Shown piece by piece: positions 1 through 8,647 of a stretch of 39,501 bases of DNA. Below the pieces are notes generated by a model that worked only from the letters and a program-made list of their open reading frames with translations, made no database searches and was not told the origin of the DNA. Both the position numbers and the translations under genes were made by a program. Source of the stretch: a virus; the IMG/VR virus record IMGVR_UViG_3300010935_000210, positions 1 through 39,501 of that record. One strand, given 5' to 3'. The number at the start of each line of letters is the position of its first letter. Position 1 is the first letter of the stretch.

Positions 1-239
1 CGAAGCGCAAGCGCTGCCCGAAGAAGGTTTTGGCCAAGGTGCGGCCAGCCCTGAGGCGGTGGCGGCGGATGCCACAATCCGTGAGGAATTGGAAGCGCCG
101 AGCCCAGTCCCTGATGCAGTGTCGACTGACCTACCCGCCCCCGACCGTTTTGCCGATCTGCGCGACGGGTTTGAGGATTTGTCGATCGACATGCCCGACG
201 GTACCGCGCTGACCATCCGCGAGGTGCTGGATGATCTGG
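1..239. repeat. Terminal overlap copy 1 (identical to 39263-39501); circular-closure repeat of a 39,262-bp genome
   Basis: Read directly: bases 1-239 (cgaagcgcaagcgctgcccg...gatgatctgg) recur base for base at 39263-39501. The repeat lies inside an ORF that stays in frame across the junction. Confidence 0.9.
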
Positions 240-307
240 ATGCAGATGACGGGTTTGATGCCTTCATTCAGGCCTGTGCCCTTTCCCCGACAGGAGCGAA
301 CCCATGA
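2..307 (+). CDS. 3' end of the wrap-around 1031-codon internal virion / ejection-type protein (continuation of 36474-39501)
   Basis: Same reading frame as 36474-39501 after subtracting 39262. Ends at TGA 305-307, which overlaps the next ATG at 304 (ATGA). Confidence 0.75.
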   Translation, partial: EAQALPEEGFGQGAASPEAVAADATIREELEAPSPVPDAVSTDLPAPDRFADLRDGFEDLSIDMPDGTALTIREVLDDLDADDGFDAFIQACALSPTGANP

Positions 308-2802
308 CGAATATGGCCGATTGCATTGCCCGTGGCATGGACTTTGGCGAAATTGACCGCGCGCGGGGCGTGGCGGCCATCGGCCAGTATGAGCAGTTAG
401 TGGCGCGGTACAGCACTATCATGGACCCGACGTTGGCACGGGGGAGAGCTGCAAAGGATCTGAAAGAAGCCACCGCCAAGATGAAAACCCAACGGTTTCA
501 CAAAGTGGTTAACCAGCTGCAAGCCATGCGCCGGATCAAACAGCAGATTGAGGCTGCGCCAGACCCAGCCGCTGCCATCCGCAATTTGCTGGAGCATTCC
601 GAGGGTAGCGGCTGGACTGGTGAAAGTGTCGCCAGTTTGACTGAAGCGTATCAAGCATCGATCCGCGCAGGCCTGTCTGAAGGGCTGGAAGCCGTTGGGT
701 TGAACGTGGTGGGATCGACCAGGAACAAGCCGTTGTTGCTGGACCTGATCCGTGAGTTGCACGGCGAGGCCACAGGCAATGCGCAGGCCAAGAAGCTGGC
801 CGCCGCCTTTGAGGCCCAACAGCAGCGCATGCGGCGCGCGTTCAATGCGCAGGGCGGTGACGTGGGCGATTTGAAAGATCGGGGCGTCAGCCATTCCCAC
901 GATGCCGATCAGATCCGCCTTGCCGGATTTGACAAATGGTCAGACGCAATTGACACCAAGCTGGATTGGCACCGCATTACCGATTTGACCACTGGCAAGC
1001 CCTTTGCCCCCGCCCCTGGACAAGTGCCGCCAAGGGCCAGCACCGCGCGCTTTTTGCGCGAGGTGTATGATGGCATCATCACACGCGGCTGGGATGACCG
1101 TGACCCAAGCCTGAGTGTGGGCGGCAAGGCACTGTACAACCAGCGCGCCGAACACCGCGTTCTGCATTTCAAGAGCGGATCTGACTGGATCGAGTACAAT
1201 GCCGAATTTGGCACAGCAGATCCCTTTTCCGCCTTGATGAACGGATTGAACGGGTTGGCCCGCGACGTCGCCCTGATGCGCGTGTTGGGGCCAAATCCAC
1301 GCGCCGGGTTGGAGTTTGCGGCGCAAACCGCCAAGAAACGCGCCGAAATGTCAGGCGATGTAAAGCTGTCGGCACGGGTAGACACCCAAGCCAAGGTCAC
1401 CAAGACCATGCTGGCCCATGCCAGTGGCAGCGCGTCGGTGCCAGAGCGGATCGGAATTGCGCGATTTTTTGCAGGTACCCGCGCGGTGCTGTCATCCATC
1501 CAGTTGGGCAGTGCCTTCATTTCATCTGTATCCGATGTGGCAACCATCACAGGGGCCGCGCAACATTTGGGCATGAGTGCCAATGGCGTGTTGGGCAAAT
1601 CTGTCAAGTTGATGGCCAGCCATGCCACCCGCGAAACCGCTGCCCGGATGGGTTATGTTGCGGCCACGCTGGCCGATGCAGGCGGTGGATCGGCCCGATA
1701 CTTTGGCCAGATGTTTGGCACAGGTATCCCAGAACGGATGGCGGGTTTTACCTTGCGCGCCACGGGCCTGACCTTTGTGACCGATATGCGCAAAATTGCG
1801 TTCCAGATGGAGTTTTCGGGCTTTATGGCCGAGAACGCCGCACGGGACTTTGGCAAGATCGATGCGCCGCTGCGTCAGATGTTTGAAACCCGGGGCATCA
1901 CGGCCAGCGATTGGGATTTGTTGCGCGACCCGGCGACCCATTTTGTCGAACCCAATGGCGCCAATTTTATCAGCCCGCTATATTGGCTTGAGGTCCAGAC
2001 GACCGTGCCACGGGTTGAGGCAGAAGGCCTTGCGATGCGCCTGCAAATGGCGATCCAAGAGCAGATTGAATTTGCAATCCCCACGGCCAGCCTTGAGGGC
2101 CGCGCCATGCTGCAGGGTGAAACTGCCCCCGGCACCTTTGCGGGAGAGTTGCTGCGTTCCAGCGCCAGCTACAAGAGTTTCGCGATGTCTTTGATGTTAA
2201 ACCAGTACCGTCGGTATGCCAGCCTGCCCGGTCCATGGGATAAGGCCAAATATGCCACCAAAATGTCAGTGCTGATGTTTTCCTTGGGGGCGCTGGCAGT
2301 GCAACTGAAGGAGCTGGCAAAGGGCAATGATCCACGCCCGATGGACAACGGAAAATTCGCGATGGCTGCGTTGTTCCAAGGCGGTGGGCTTGGCATCTTT
2401 GGCGATTTTTTCAATGCTGAAACCAGCCGTGTTGGTGGCGGCATTGCCGAAACGCTGGCCGGGCCAGTGGTGGGCGCGATCGGGGATGTGATCAAGCCTT
2501 TTGCATCCAACATCACCCGCGCGGTTAATGGTGAGGATACGATGGTTGGGCGCGACGTTGCCAATACCGTTCGCCGCAATACACCGTTTCTATCGTCGGC
2601 CTGGTACCTGCGCACAGCCTATTCCCGGCTGTTTGTCGACGAGCTGCAAGCCTTTCTGGACCCGAAGGCCGACCAGGTGTTTCGCAGGCAAGTCAAACAG
2701 CAGGCCCGCGACTACGGCACCCAACCCTACATTCCCCGGCGCGGGTCGGGCAGCAGCCTGCGCGCCCCTGACTTATCCAACATGCTAGGAGATAGCCGAT
2801 GA
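304..2802 (+). CDS. Large virion-internal / ejection-type protein (832 aa), function unknown
   Basis: Long ORF with ATGA coupling at both ends. The C-terminal third has hydrophobic and Gly-rich segments (SVLMFSLGALAV, FQGGGLGIFGDFF). It follows the gp14/15/16-like block. Confidence 0.55.
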   Translation: MTNMADCIARGMDFGEIDRARGVAAIGQYEQLVARYSTIMDPTLARGRAAKDLKEATAKMKTQRFHKVVNQLQAMRRIKQQIEAAPDPAAAIRNLLEHSEGSGWTGESVASLTEAYQASIRAGLSEGLEAVGLNVVGSTRNKPLLLDLIRELHGEATGNAQAKKLAAAFEAQQQRMRRAFNAQGGDVGDLKDRGVSHSHDADQIRLAGFDKWSDAIDTKLDWHRITDLTTGKPFAPAPGQVPPRASTARFLREVYDGIITRGWDDRDPSLSVGGKALYNQRAEHRVLHFKSGSDWIEYNAEFGTADPFSALMNGLNGLARDVALMRVLGPNPRAGLEFAAQTAKKRAEMSGDVKLSARVDTQAKVTKTMLAHASGSASVPERIGIARFFAGTRAVLSSIQLGSAFISSVSDVATITGAAQHLGMSANGVLGKSVKLMASHATRETAARMGYVAATLADAGGGSARYFGQMFGTGIPERMAGFTLRATGLTFVTDMRKIAFQMEFSGFMAENAARDFGKIDAPLRQMFETRGITASDWDLLRDPATHFVEPNGANFISPLYWLEVQTTVPRVEAEGLAMRLQMAIQEQIEFAIPTASLEGRAMLQGETAPGTFAGELLRSSASYKSFAMSLMLNQYRRYASLPGPWDKAKYATKMSVLMFSLGALAVQLKELAKGNDPRPMDNGKFAMAALFQGGGLGIFGDFFNAETSRVGGGIAETLAGPVVGAIGDVIKPFASNITRAVNGEDTMVGRDVANTVRRNTPFLSSAWYLRTAYSRLFVDELQAFLDPKADQVFRRQVKQQARDYGTQPYIPRRGSGSSLRAPDLSNMLGDSR

Positions 2803-3440
2803 CCGTTGAGGCAGTGCCGCCCTTTGTGAGCAACCCCATCGCAGGGATTGGCCCCTATGGTGTACCGTTTCGGTATCTGACCGGAGCTTTGCAGGTTTAC
2901 GTCCAGACTGGCACTGCACAGCGCGTGGCCTTGGCATCGGATGAGTTCAGCGTAACGCCCCTTTCGGCGGATGTTTCGGGGGATGTGTATCTGACACCCG
3001 CCGCCGCCGCCGCATATGCCGGTGCCAACCTTTTGATCGTGCGGGTAACCGGCGATGAGCAAGGCTGGCAAGGCACGCAAGGCGAGCGCGAGCGCGGCCT
3101 GGAACGTCAACTTGACCGCACCACAATGGCCGTGCAGGAGCTGCGGCGCGAAGTGTCCAGCGCATTCCGATTGCATGTGCCGATTGAGCCAGGTCAGGCA
3201 GTACCTGGCAGAACGCTCATTTTCACAGAAGCTGGATTTGCTGCGGGGCCAACGGCCGACGAAATCCCTTTGGCCCAGGGCTATGCAGCCACCGCCCATA
3301 TCGATGCGGCGGCGGCACTGGCATCGGCAGAAGCAGCGCAGACATCTTTGGACGCCATCAATCAAAAAATCACCGTGTCAGTCGATGACCCTAGCGGCGG
3401 GTCTGAAGGCGATTTGTGGTTCAAGTACACCCCGATTTAA
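2799..3440 (+). CDS. Tail fibre / tail-associated structural protein (213 aa)
   Basis: ATGA-coupled to the upstream gene. Beta-rich N-terminus, central coiled segment (ERGLERQLDRTTMAVQELRRE) and a C-terminal GDLWFKY motif typical of fibre-like proteins. Position corresponds to T7 gp17. Confidence 0.45.
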   Translation: MTVEAVPPFVSNPIAGIGPYGVPFRYLTGALQVYVQTGTAQRVALASDEFSVTPLSADVSGDVYLTPAAAAAYAGANLLIVRVTGDEQGWQGTQGERERGLERQLDRTTMAVQELRREVSSAFRLHVPIEPGQAVPGRTLIFTEAGFAAGPTADEIPLAQGYAATAHIDAAAALASAEAAQTSLDAINQKITVSVDDPSGGSEGDLWFKYTPI

Positions 3441-3454
3441 GGAAGGAATGACCA

Positions 3455-3847
3455 ATGTCAGCTCTCTCAAACTATGCGGAAAAGCTGTTGCTCGACTGGC
3501 TAATGACCACCGCCGCCGCCGCGCGGCCAACATCTTGGTTTGCTGCAGTTTTCACGGATGCCCCGTCAGATACGGGTGGCGGCACCGAGGTTTCGGGCAG
3601 CGGGTATGCGCGGCAAGCTGTTACCTTTGGCGCGGCAACATCCCCAGCTGGAACAACGCAAAACAGCGGCGTTGTCAGCTTTACCGCAAGTGGCGGCGAC
3701 TGGGGTGTCGTCACGCATTTTGCAATCTTTGACGCTGTATCTGGTGGCAACATGCTTTGGCATGGGCCGATGGTTGCGCCGCGCACCATCCAGAACGCTG
3801 ACACCCTTAGTTTTTCGGCAGGCGCGATTGCCCTGACACTGGGCTAA
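3455..3847 (+). CDS. Hypothetical virion-associated protein (130 aa)
   Basis: Good RBS (aaggaagga) before the ATG. Gly/Ser/Thr-rich beta-type sequence. Lies in the fibre gene block. Confidence 0.5.
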   Translation: MSALSNYAEKLLLDWLMTTAAAARPTSWFAAVFTDAPSDTGGGTEVSGSGYARQAVTFGAATSPAGTTQNSGVVSFTASGGDWGVVTHFAIFDAVSGGNMLWHGPMVAPRTIQNADTLSFSAGAIALTLG

Positions 3848-3851
3848 TTGA

Positions 3852-4337
3852 ATGGACGTGGTTTACAGCCCACGGGGGACGGAAAGCGGCGACACTCGCA
3901 TCACTGAGGAGGGTGACGAGCGTCTAACTAACATTGCGATCTGGCAGGGCGATGTGCTGTTGGCTGGCGCTGGAACTTTATCAGCATCCCCAAAACTTGC
4001 TGCCCTTGGTTTTGCCATGCTTGCAGGAAGCGGCGATCTGGCAGCAGACGGCAAGCAATCCAAGTCTGGGATGTTTTCGGGGGCAGGCGTCGGGGGGCTA
4101 TCCGCTTTTGGCGAGGGCGGCTTGTATGGGTTGGTTTCGTTCAAAACCGATGCGGGATGGGTAGAGGCTATCCCGTTTGTCAACACTAATTCAGGCATAA
4201 GGCTGAGTGAAGACGGGACCGATCGCATTTTGGAAAACGGTGCCTTTAGAAGTGTTGAAAAATTTGGTTCTGGCGGTTGGCTAGAGCCAGACCGTGCATG
4301 GGTTTTCGTATCCGGCACTTGGCGTAGATTTATATAG
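3852..4337 (+). CDS. Hypothetical protein with R-I/L-T/S-E-x-G-D-x-R repeats (161 aa)
   Basis: Two copies of a TRITEEGDERL / IRLSEDGTDRIL-type motif that is common in phage fibre-associated proteins. The opposite-strand ORF 3863-4681 is judged a shadow. Confidence 0.45.
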   Translation: MDVVYSPRGTESGDTRITEEGDERLTNIAIWQGDVLLAGAGTLSASPKLAALGFAMLAGSGDLAADGKQSKSGMFSGAGVGGLSAFGEGGLYGLVSFKTDAGWVEAIPFVNTNSGIRLSEDGTDRILENGAFRSVEKFGSGGWLEPDRAWVFVSGTWRRFI

Positions 4338-4346
4338 GAGGCAAAT

Positions 4347-4793
4347 ATGGCACAGGTTAAAATCTCGGAACTACCCGAGGCACTTACCGCGCTCGCAGAA
4401 ATGCAGTTTGAAGTTAATGACAACGGTGTGTCGCGGCGGATTTCGCTCGCTAATATCTTGGATGCAATTACAAAAGCCACAACGCCGGATGCCCAAACTG
4501 GCACTGGCACAGGTCTAATCGATGCGACCTTGGCAAAGTCTGCAATTTCAGCACAGGCAGCACCAAAGCCCACCGGATCGGCTGGTGTTGGGCAAGTGGT
4601 GATGATTAGCCCTGCTTCTGGGGTTGCATATACCGTTCCGGCGGGTGGCAAATGGTTTGTATCAGCGCAGCAGATAGGCACCGGCGGCTCTGCAACATTA
4701 GTGCAGAGCCGCGGGGTATTTGATGGCGGGTACGTTCTTGCTACGCCGGGGCCTGGTTACGCGTGGACCGGCTACGCCTGGAAAGTTTCGTGA
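4347..4793 (+). CDS. Tail-fibre-like protein (148 aa)
   Basis: Strong RBS (taggagg) 5 nt upstream. The N-terminal MAQVKISELPEA...F.V....VS..ISL motif is typical of podovirus fibre or collar N-termini. Confidence 0.5.
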   Translation: MAQVKISELPEALTALAEMQFEVNDNGVSRRISLANILDAITKATTPDAQTGTGTGLIDATLAKSAISAQAAPKPTGSAGVGQVVMISPASGVAYTVPAGGKWFVSAQQIGTGGSATLVQSRGVFDGGYVLATPGPGYAWTGYAWKVS

Positions 4794-5398
4794 TGGACAA
4801 CCTAGACACAAAGGTTTGGCAGCAAGCCCTAAGAGATATGGGCCTGTACTCAGGTGCCATTGATGGCGACTTTGGCGCAGGGACCCGGCGGGCGTCTTTT
4901 GAGGCTCTTGCAAAAGGCCTCATACCCCAGAACGCGTCGAAGCTGGTTATGACCAACCAATCGGCGACGCGAAATCGCCCGATCACGGAAAACCTGCGCG
5001 ACAAACTGATCACTGCGGTAACGGCAGTCTATGGCTCCAATTGCAAGATTGCGGTCTATTCCGGTGGGCAGGACCGGCAAGGCCAAGGCAACCGGCGCAC
5101 CGGCTCTATCCGCCATGACGATTATGGCCAAGGTGGCCGTGCGGCCGATCTGTACGTCTATGTGGCAGGTCGCAAAATCTTTGGCGAGGAACTGGCAAAA
5201 CTTGGTCAATTCTGGCTGGCCGCAAAACTGGGCGGCTGCGGTTTGGAAATGGCAACCGGCGGCATCCACCTGGACGAATGGACAAGCCCCCCACCCGGAG
5301 GCGGCATGTTCTGGACCTATGCCTATTCGGACAACAAATCGTGGGGCAAGACCGTTCGGGCAATGCTTGAGGCCGGTAGCCGTGGGGTTTTCCCCTGA
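4793..5398 (+). CDS. Endolysin: PG_binding_1 domain + M15-type (VanY-like) peptidase
   Basis: N-terminus WQQALRDMGLYSGAIDGDFGAGTRRA is a peptidoglycan-binding repeat. SIRHDDYGQGGRAADLYVY and GGIHLD resemble the S-x-H-x-x-G-x-A-x-D / H-x-D zinc peptidase motifs. TGATG coupling at 4791-4795. Confidence 0.75.
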   Translation: MDNLDTKVWQQALRDMGLYSGAIDGDFGAGTRRASFEALAKGLIPQNASKLVMTNQSATRNRPITENLRDKLITAVTAVYGSNCKIAVYSGGQDRQGQGNRRTGSIRHDDYGQGGRAADLYVYVAGRKIFGEELAKLGQFWLAAKLGGCGLEMATGGIHLDEWTSPPPGGGMFWTYAYSDNKSWGKTVRAMLEAGSRGVFP

Positions 5399-5446
5399 TT
5401 GCCGCGCAATGCCTAACCTAAACGCTGGAATGATTGGACAAGAGAC

Positions 5447-5818
5447 ATGGCGATGAACGACCCCAGCCTGTGGGCCTTAACAGTAAATGCCGCTGCCAGC
5501 ATTGCGGCATGGGTGAGCGGCGAAAGTGGGCGCGTCATTGTCGGCTCTGGCCTAGGCGGGTTTTCTCGTTGGCTGCACTCAGGCAATCGCAATGTGCGGG
5601 ATGGCATCATCGCTGTGGCAGGTGGGTCTCTATCGGGCACATATCTTTGGCCGTTCGTGCTGGCAATCATGGGCTTCCCGTTCGGGGGGCTTGAGCCGGA
5701 ACCTAACAACATCGCCGGTGCCGCATTCATCGCAGGTGCGGGCGGCATGGCCCTGATCAAAGTCATGTTATCTATGGTTGAGGCTAAAACAAGCGCCCGC
5801 ACCAATGGGGAGGAGTGA
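5447..5818 (+). CDS. Putative holin (about 3 TM segments)
   Basis: Three hydrophobic stretches (LWALTVNAAASIAAWV, IIAVAGGSLSGTYLWPFVLAIMGF, IAGAAFIAGAGGMALIKVML) and a charged C-terminus. Sits next to the endolysin. Confidence 0.5.
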   Translation: MAMNDPSLWALTVNAAASIAAWVSGESGRVIVGSGLGGFSRWLHSGNRNVRDGIIAVAGGSLSGTYLWPFVLAIMGFPFGGLEPEPNNIAGAAFIAGAGGMALIKVMLSMVEAKTSARTNGEE

Positions 5819-5820
5819 AA

Positions 5821-6288
5821 ATGATACTGCGCGCAGGGCTGCATCAAGCCAAAAAGGAAGTGCCGTTCTTGCTGCTTATGTACTTTTTGGCCGGGGTGTT
5901 TATGATCGGCCAACCTGCCATAGAGCGGGCATATGACAAGTACCAACGGGAACGCCCGTTTATCTCGGCCACAATCGAAGTGCGCAAAAGCCCCAGTGGG
6001 GCCAAGCCGACAATTTGGTATCGCGCCCATACCAACGTCCAAAGCAAAGGCACATGGACGGTGTATCTTTTGGTCGATGACAAAAGGGGCTGTGGCGACA
6101 AGGGACCAGGAAACTACGGCCCGGCGCCAACCAACTTGAAGCCATGGGCATGGGCAGACTGGCTAGGGAAAAATTGCGCTGTGCCGAACGGGCCTTTCCA
6201 GGCCTGTGTGTTCTATCAGACCACAATTATCGACACGGGAATAAGCGACACGTCCCCGCCCTATTGTTCCGAGGTGTATACGCCATGA
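5821..6288 (+). CDS. Membrane-anchored, Cys-containing exported protein inside the lysis cassette (155 aa)
   Basis: RBS ggaggag lies 5-6 nt before ATG 5821 (GTG 5815 is also possible). N-terminal TM FLLLMYFLAGVFMIG, then a soluble domain with 5 Cys. ATGA-coupled to the i-spanin. Confidence 0.5.
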   Translation: MILRAGLHQAKKEVPFLLLMYFLAGVFMIGQPAIERAYDKYQRERPFISATIEVRKSPSGAKPTIWYRAHTNVQSKGTWTVYLLVDDKRGCGDKGPGNYGPAPTNLKPWAWADWLGKNCAVPNGPFQACVFYQTTIIDTGISDTSPPYCSEVYTP

Positions 6289-6611
6289 CCCGATATGCTC
6301 TGATAGCCGCGCTGGTGGCCTGTCTTGGCCTTGGGGGTGGTCTTTGGTGGCTGAGAGGCAGTCTGGCCACTGAACGCGCGGCCATGGCCCTACAGCGGGC
6401 CGAGGTTGCACGGCTGGTTGGTGAGTTGGATGCGGCAAAGGCTATCGCCGACCAAGCGAGACAAGCCGTCGCTGTGCATAAGATATATCTTGCAAAGGCC
6501 GAAACAGCACGTGCCGAGGCCGAAGCCAGAGAAACCGAGTTTACGGGAAAGGAGGGTGGCGATGCGCCTTTGTCTGATTATCTGCGCGATGCTCTTGACC
6601 GGGTGCGCTGA
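6285..6611 (+). CDS. i-spanin (Rz-like)
   Basis: N-terminal TM (YALIAALVACLGLGGGLWWL) followed by an Ala/Glu/Arg-rich coiled coil. Overlaps a lipoprotein gene in another frame. Confidence 0.65.
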   Translation: MTRYALIAALVACLGLGGGLWWLRGSLATERAAMALQRAEVARLVGELDAAKAIADQARQAVAVHKIYLAKAETARAEAEARETEFTGKEGGDAPLSDYLRDALDRVR

Positions 6612-6825
6612 GAAGCTTCGCACCGTTTACGTCATCCCGCATGTGCCGGCCGATTTATTGCAGGCCGAGCGCGCGGCCTGCCCCGATGGAAACACGGCAG
6701 AGGCGCTGGCCGTTTGCCTATTTCGCAAAGATGCAGGGCTGGACCGCGCGAATGGAAAGTTAGCTACGGTTGGCGAGATTTTGACACGGGCCGAGGCCCA
6801 AACCACAGGAGAGCAAAATGACTGA
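6562..6825 (+). CDS. o-spanin (Rz1-like outer-membrane lipoprotein), overlapped architecture
   Basis: RBS ggaggg at 6551-6556. Signal peptide plus lipobox MRLCLIICAMLLTGC. The start is embedded in the 3' end of the i-spanin gene. Confidence 0.7.
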   Translation: MRLCLIICAMLLTGCAEKLRTVYVIPHVPADLLQAERAACPDGNTAEALAVCLFRKDAGLDRANGKLATVGEILTRAEAQTTGEQND

Positions 6826-7099
6826 TTTTCAAATGCGCGCTGGATTGACTGCACGGTCCCTACAATTGGCAGGGATACCGACCGATATTGTGCCCGCAAT
6901 TGCCAGCGACACTGTGGATTTGCCAGAGGTAGCCGTGGGCCTGTTGAGCTATGACGGTGGTGACGTGGCCGTGATTACCGTCAAAGGTACTGAACGCACG
7001 GTGACTGTTGCCGCCGGGGTACCGTTTGTTCTGGACATCGCACGGATCAAGGCCACAGGAACCACCGCCCCGGCCCTGCATTATTACACGGTGTCGTGA
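6818..7099 (+). CDS. Hypothetical protein (93 aa)
   Basis: RBS aggag before the ATG. Beta-rich small protein downstream of the lysis cassette. Confidence 0.5.
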   Translation: MTDFQMRAGLTARSLQLAGIPTDIVPAIASDTVDLPEVAVGLLSYDGGDVAVITVKGTERTVTVAAGVPFVLDIARIKATGTTAPALHYYTVS

Positions 7100-7512
7100 T
7101 GTTACGGCTGGGGCATGGCATTTGGCTGGGAGCTTTTCAGATAAGTGGAATAATTCCCAAAATTATCACAGGGTCTGCGCCCTCTCTCGCATCGATAAAT
7201 GATGGCGAGCAGCTGTCCAGCGCGGTGACATGGGGCAGCTACACTTCCACGGCGGGAGCCATCCTGATCAGCGCACAGCAGATGAACATCAACGACACGG
7301 GCTGGGTGGCTTTCGCGGGCGCGACAGAGCCACCGGCAGGCGCAACAGTGCAGCTTCGGGAAATCATCACGGATAGTGCAGGCACACCATCGCGGATGTT
7401 CACCAGCAACATGGTGGTGATCGGCACTGTGCCAGATTTTTTTAGGTATATTCCATTGGGCAGTGACCGGTATGTCACAGCAGATGGCGACACATTTATG
7501 GTCAGGGGGTAA
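7099..7512 (+). CDS. Hypothetical protein (137 aa)
   Basis: ATG 7099 overlaps the upstream TGA (TGATG). ORF in a lower-GC accessory stretch. Confidence 0.5.
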   Translation: MLRLGHGIWLGAFQISGIIPKIITGSAPSLASINDGEQLSSAVTWGSYTSTAGAILISAQQMNINDTGWVAFAGATEPPAGATVQLREIITDSAGTPSRMFTSNMVVIGTVPDFFRYIPLGSDRYVTADGDTFMVRG

Positions 7513-7515
7513 GTC

Positions 7516-7779
7516 ATGGCGGATTACAATGGATCAAATACGGGTGCGCAAGTTGATGCAAAGCTTGAACTGGCAGCCTCAGCCCTACAGCCAATAGCCA
7601 ACCATGGGCTTTACCCCGATACATCGGCAATCAAGCTGGCCAAAACAGTTGTTTCCGACATTGCCGGGATCACGGGATCGGCGGCCATTACAAACGTGGT
7701 GAGCCTGACCACTGCCCAATACACGGCACTTGGGTCAAAGAATGCCACAACGGTATATCTGATCACGGATGCAACGTAA
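7516..7779 (+). CDS. Fibre-like small protein (87 aa)
   Basis: The C-terminal motif LTTAQYTALGSKNATTVYLITD is a pattern seen in phage tail-fibre and collar proteins. Confidence 0.5.
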   Translation: MADYNGSNTGAQVDAKLELAASALQPIANHGLYPDTSAIKLAKTVVSDIAGITGSAAITNVVSLTTAQYTALGSKNATTVYLITDAT

Positions 7780-8102
7780 TGGGATATAAGCTTGGCTCAA
7801 TAACGCTAAATCAGATCAAGCTGGGCGCGACCGAGATTAAAAAGGCCTACATCGGCTCGACCCTGTTTTTTGACAAGACGGGTGCCTCAGCGCCCAAAAC
7901 AATGACCGTCAACAACCTTTACAGCGCAGGCCGCAGCACGTCTGGATTTGTTACGTCGATTACGACCTCTTCAATTACAATTGCCGCCGGTCGCAAGGTC
8001 TTTGTTATTTGGGCCGATGGATCATACAACACGGCAAACCCTGACCGCACATTGTCGGGTGCAGGCCAGACGTGGACCAAAGTTATTAACAAGGTCATGT
8101 AA
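7779..8102 (+). CDS. Fibre-like protein, N-terminal part (107 aa), ended by an in-frame TAA
   Basis: TAATG coupling at 7777-7781. Stop TAA at 8100-8102. The same frame stays open for another 152 codons. Confidence 0.55.
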   Translation: MGYKLGSITLNQIKLGATEIKKAYIGSTLFFDKTGASAPKTMTVNNLYSAGRSTSGFVTSITTSSITIAAGRKVFVIWADGSYNTANPDRTLSGAGQTWTKVINKVM

Positions 8103-8558
8103 GGCGAATCTCAGGACTACGACCGATATACAATTTGGGTAAACGATGGCGTATCGGCTGGCTCGGGCGTTCTGACACTCGGAAACCCGCAAGGCACAGA
8201 TAACTCGGCTGTTGCTGTTCTGGAATTGGTGCCAGAGGCCGGGGCAAGTGTATCAATAGGCACTCCCACCGAAGCCACACAGGTTCAAGGTGCCGCGACC
8301 AATAGTGTCACGTTGGGCTCGGCAAATTACTGGCTGGCTGTTGCGTGTCATAGCGGCTGGATCAGTGGTATAGGCCAGACGGGCACCCCGCAATCCGGCT
8401 GGACCGAAATTTCAGACAATGCGACCGGTACTAGTGAGGCATGGTATGGCGGCGTTCATACACAGCTTTCCGCGATTGGTGGCGGCACTACTGCATCCGT
8501 GACGCTGACAAAGGCCACGCAGATTGCCCTGATCTGCTTCCCGTTGACGGTATCTTAG
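8103..8558 (+). CDS. In-frame continuation of 7779-8102 (readthrough product or 3' part of a nonsense-disrupted gene)
   Basis: Frame is identical to 7779. There is no stop between 8103 and 8556, no in-frame ATG and no SD anywhere in the segment. The sequence reads on as the same beta-rich protein (QTWTKVINKVM*GESQDYDRYTIWVNDG...). Confidence 0.45.
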   Translation, partial: GESQDYDRYTIWVNDGVSAGSGVLTLGNPQGTDNSAVAVLELVPEAGASVSIGTPTEATQVQGAATNSVTLGSANYWLAVACHSGWISGIGQTGTPQSGWTEISDNATGTSEAWYGGVHTQLSAIGGGTTASVTLTKATQIALICFPLTVS

Positions 8559-8647
8559 GCCGCACAAAGATACCGTGAATAATCGCTATGACCTGCAAAA
8601 AAATCCTGAACGAAGCCGCCTAATGTTTTGTTTTAATTGATTTTCAT

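Noticed and set aside
3863-4681. 272-aa minus-strand ORF across two fibre-region genes
   Set aside because: The plus-strand ORFs have an AGGAGG RBS and recognisable fibre-type motifs (ISELP N-terminus, RITEEGD repeats). The minus product is Ser/Pro/Ala-rich with no start context.
3455-8558. Diversity-generating retroelement targeting a fibre gene (as in BPP-1-type phages)
   Set aside because: No reverse-transcriptase-like ORF exists anywhere in the window, and I could not see a template/variable repeat pair near the fibre-like gene 3' ends.
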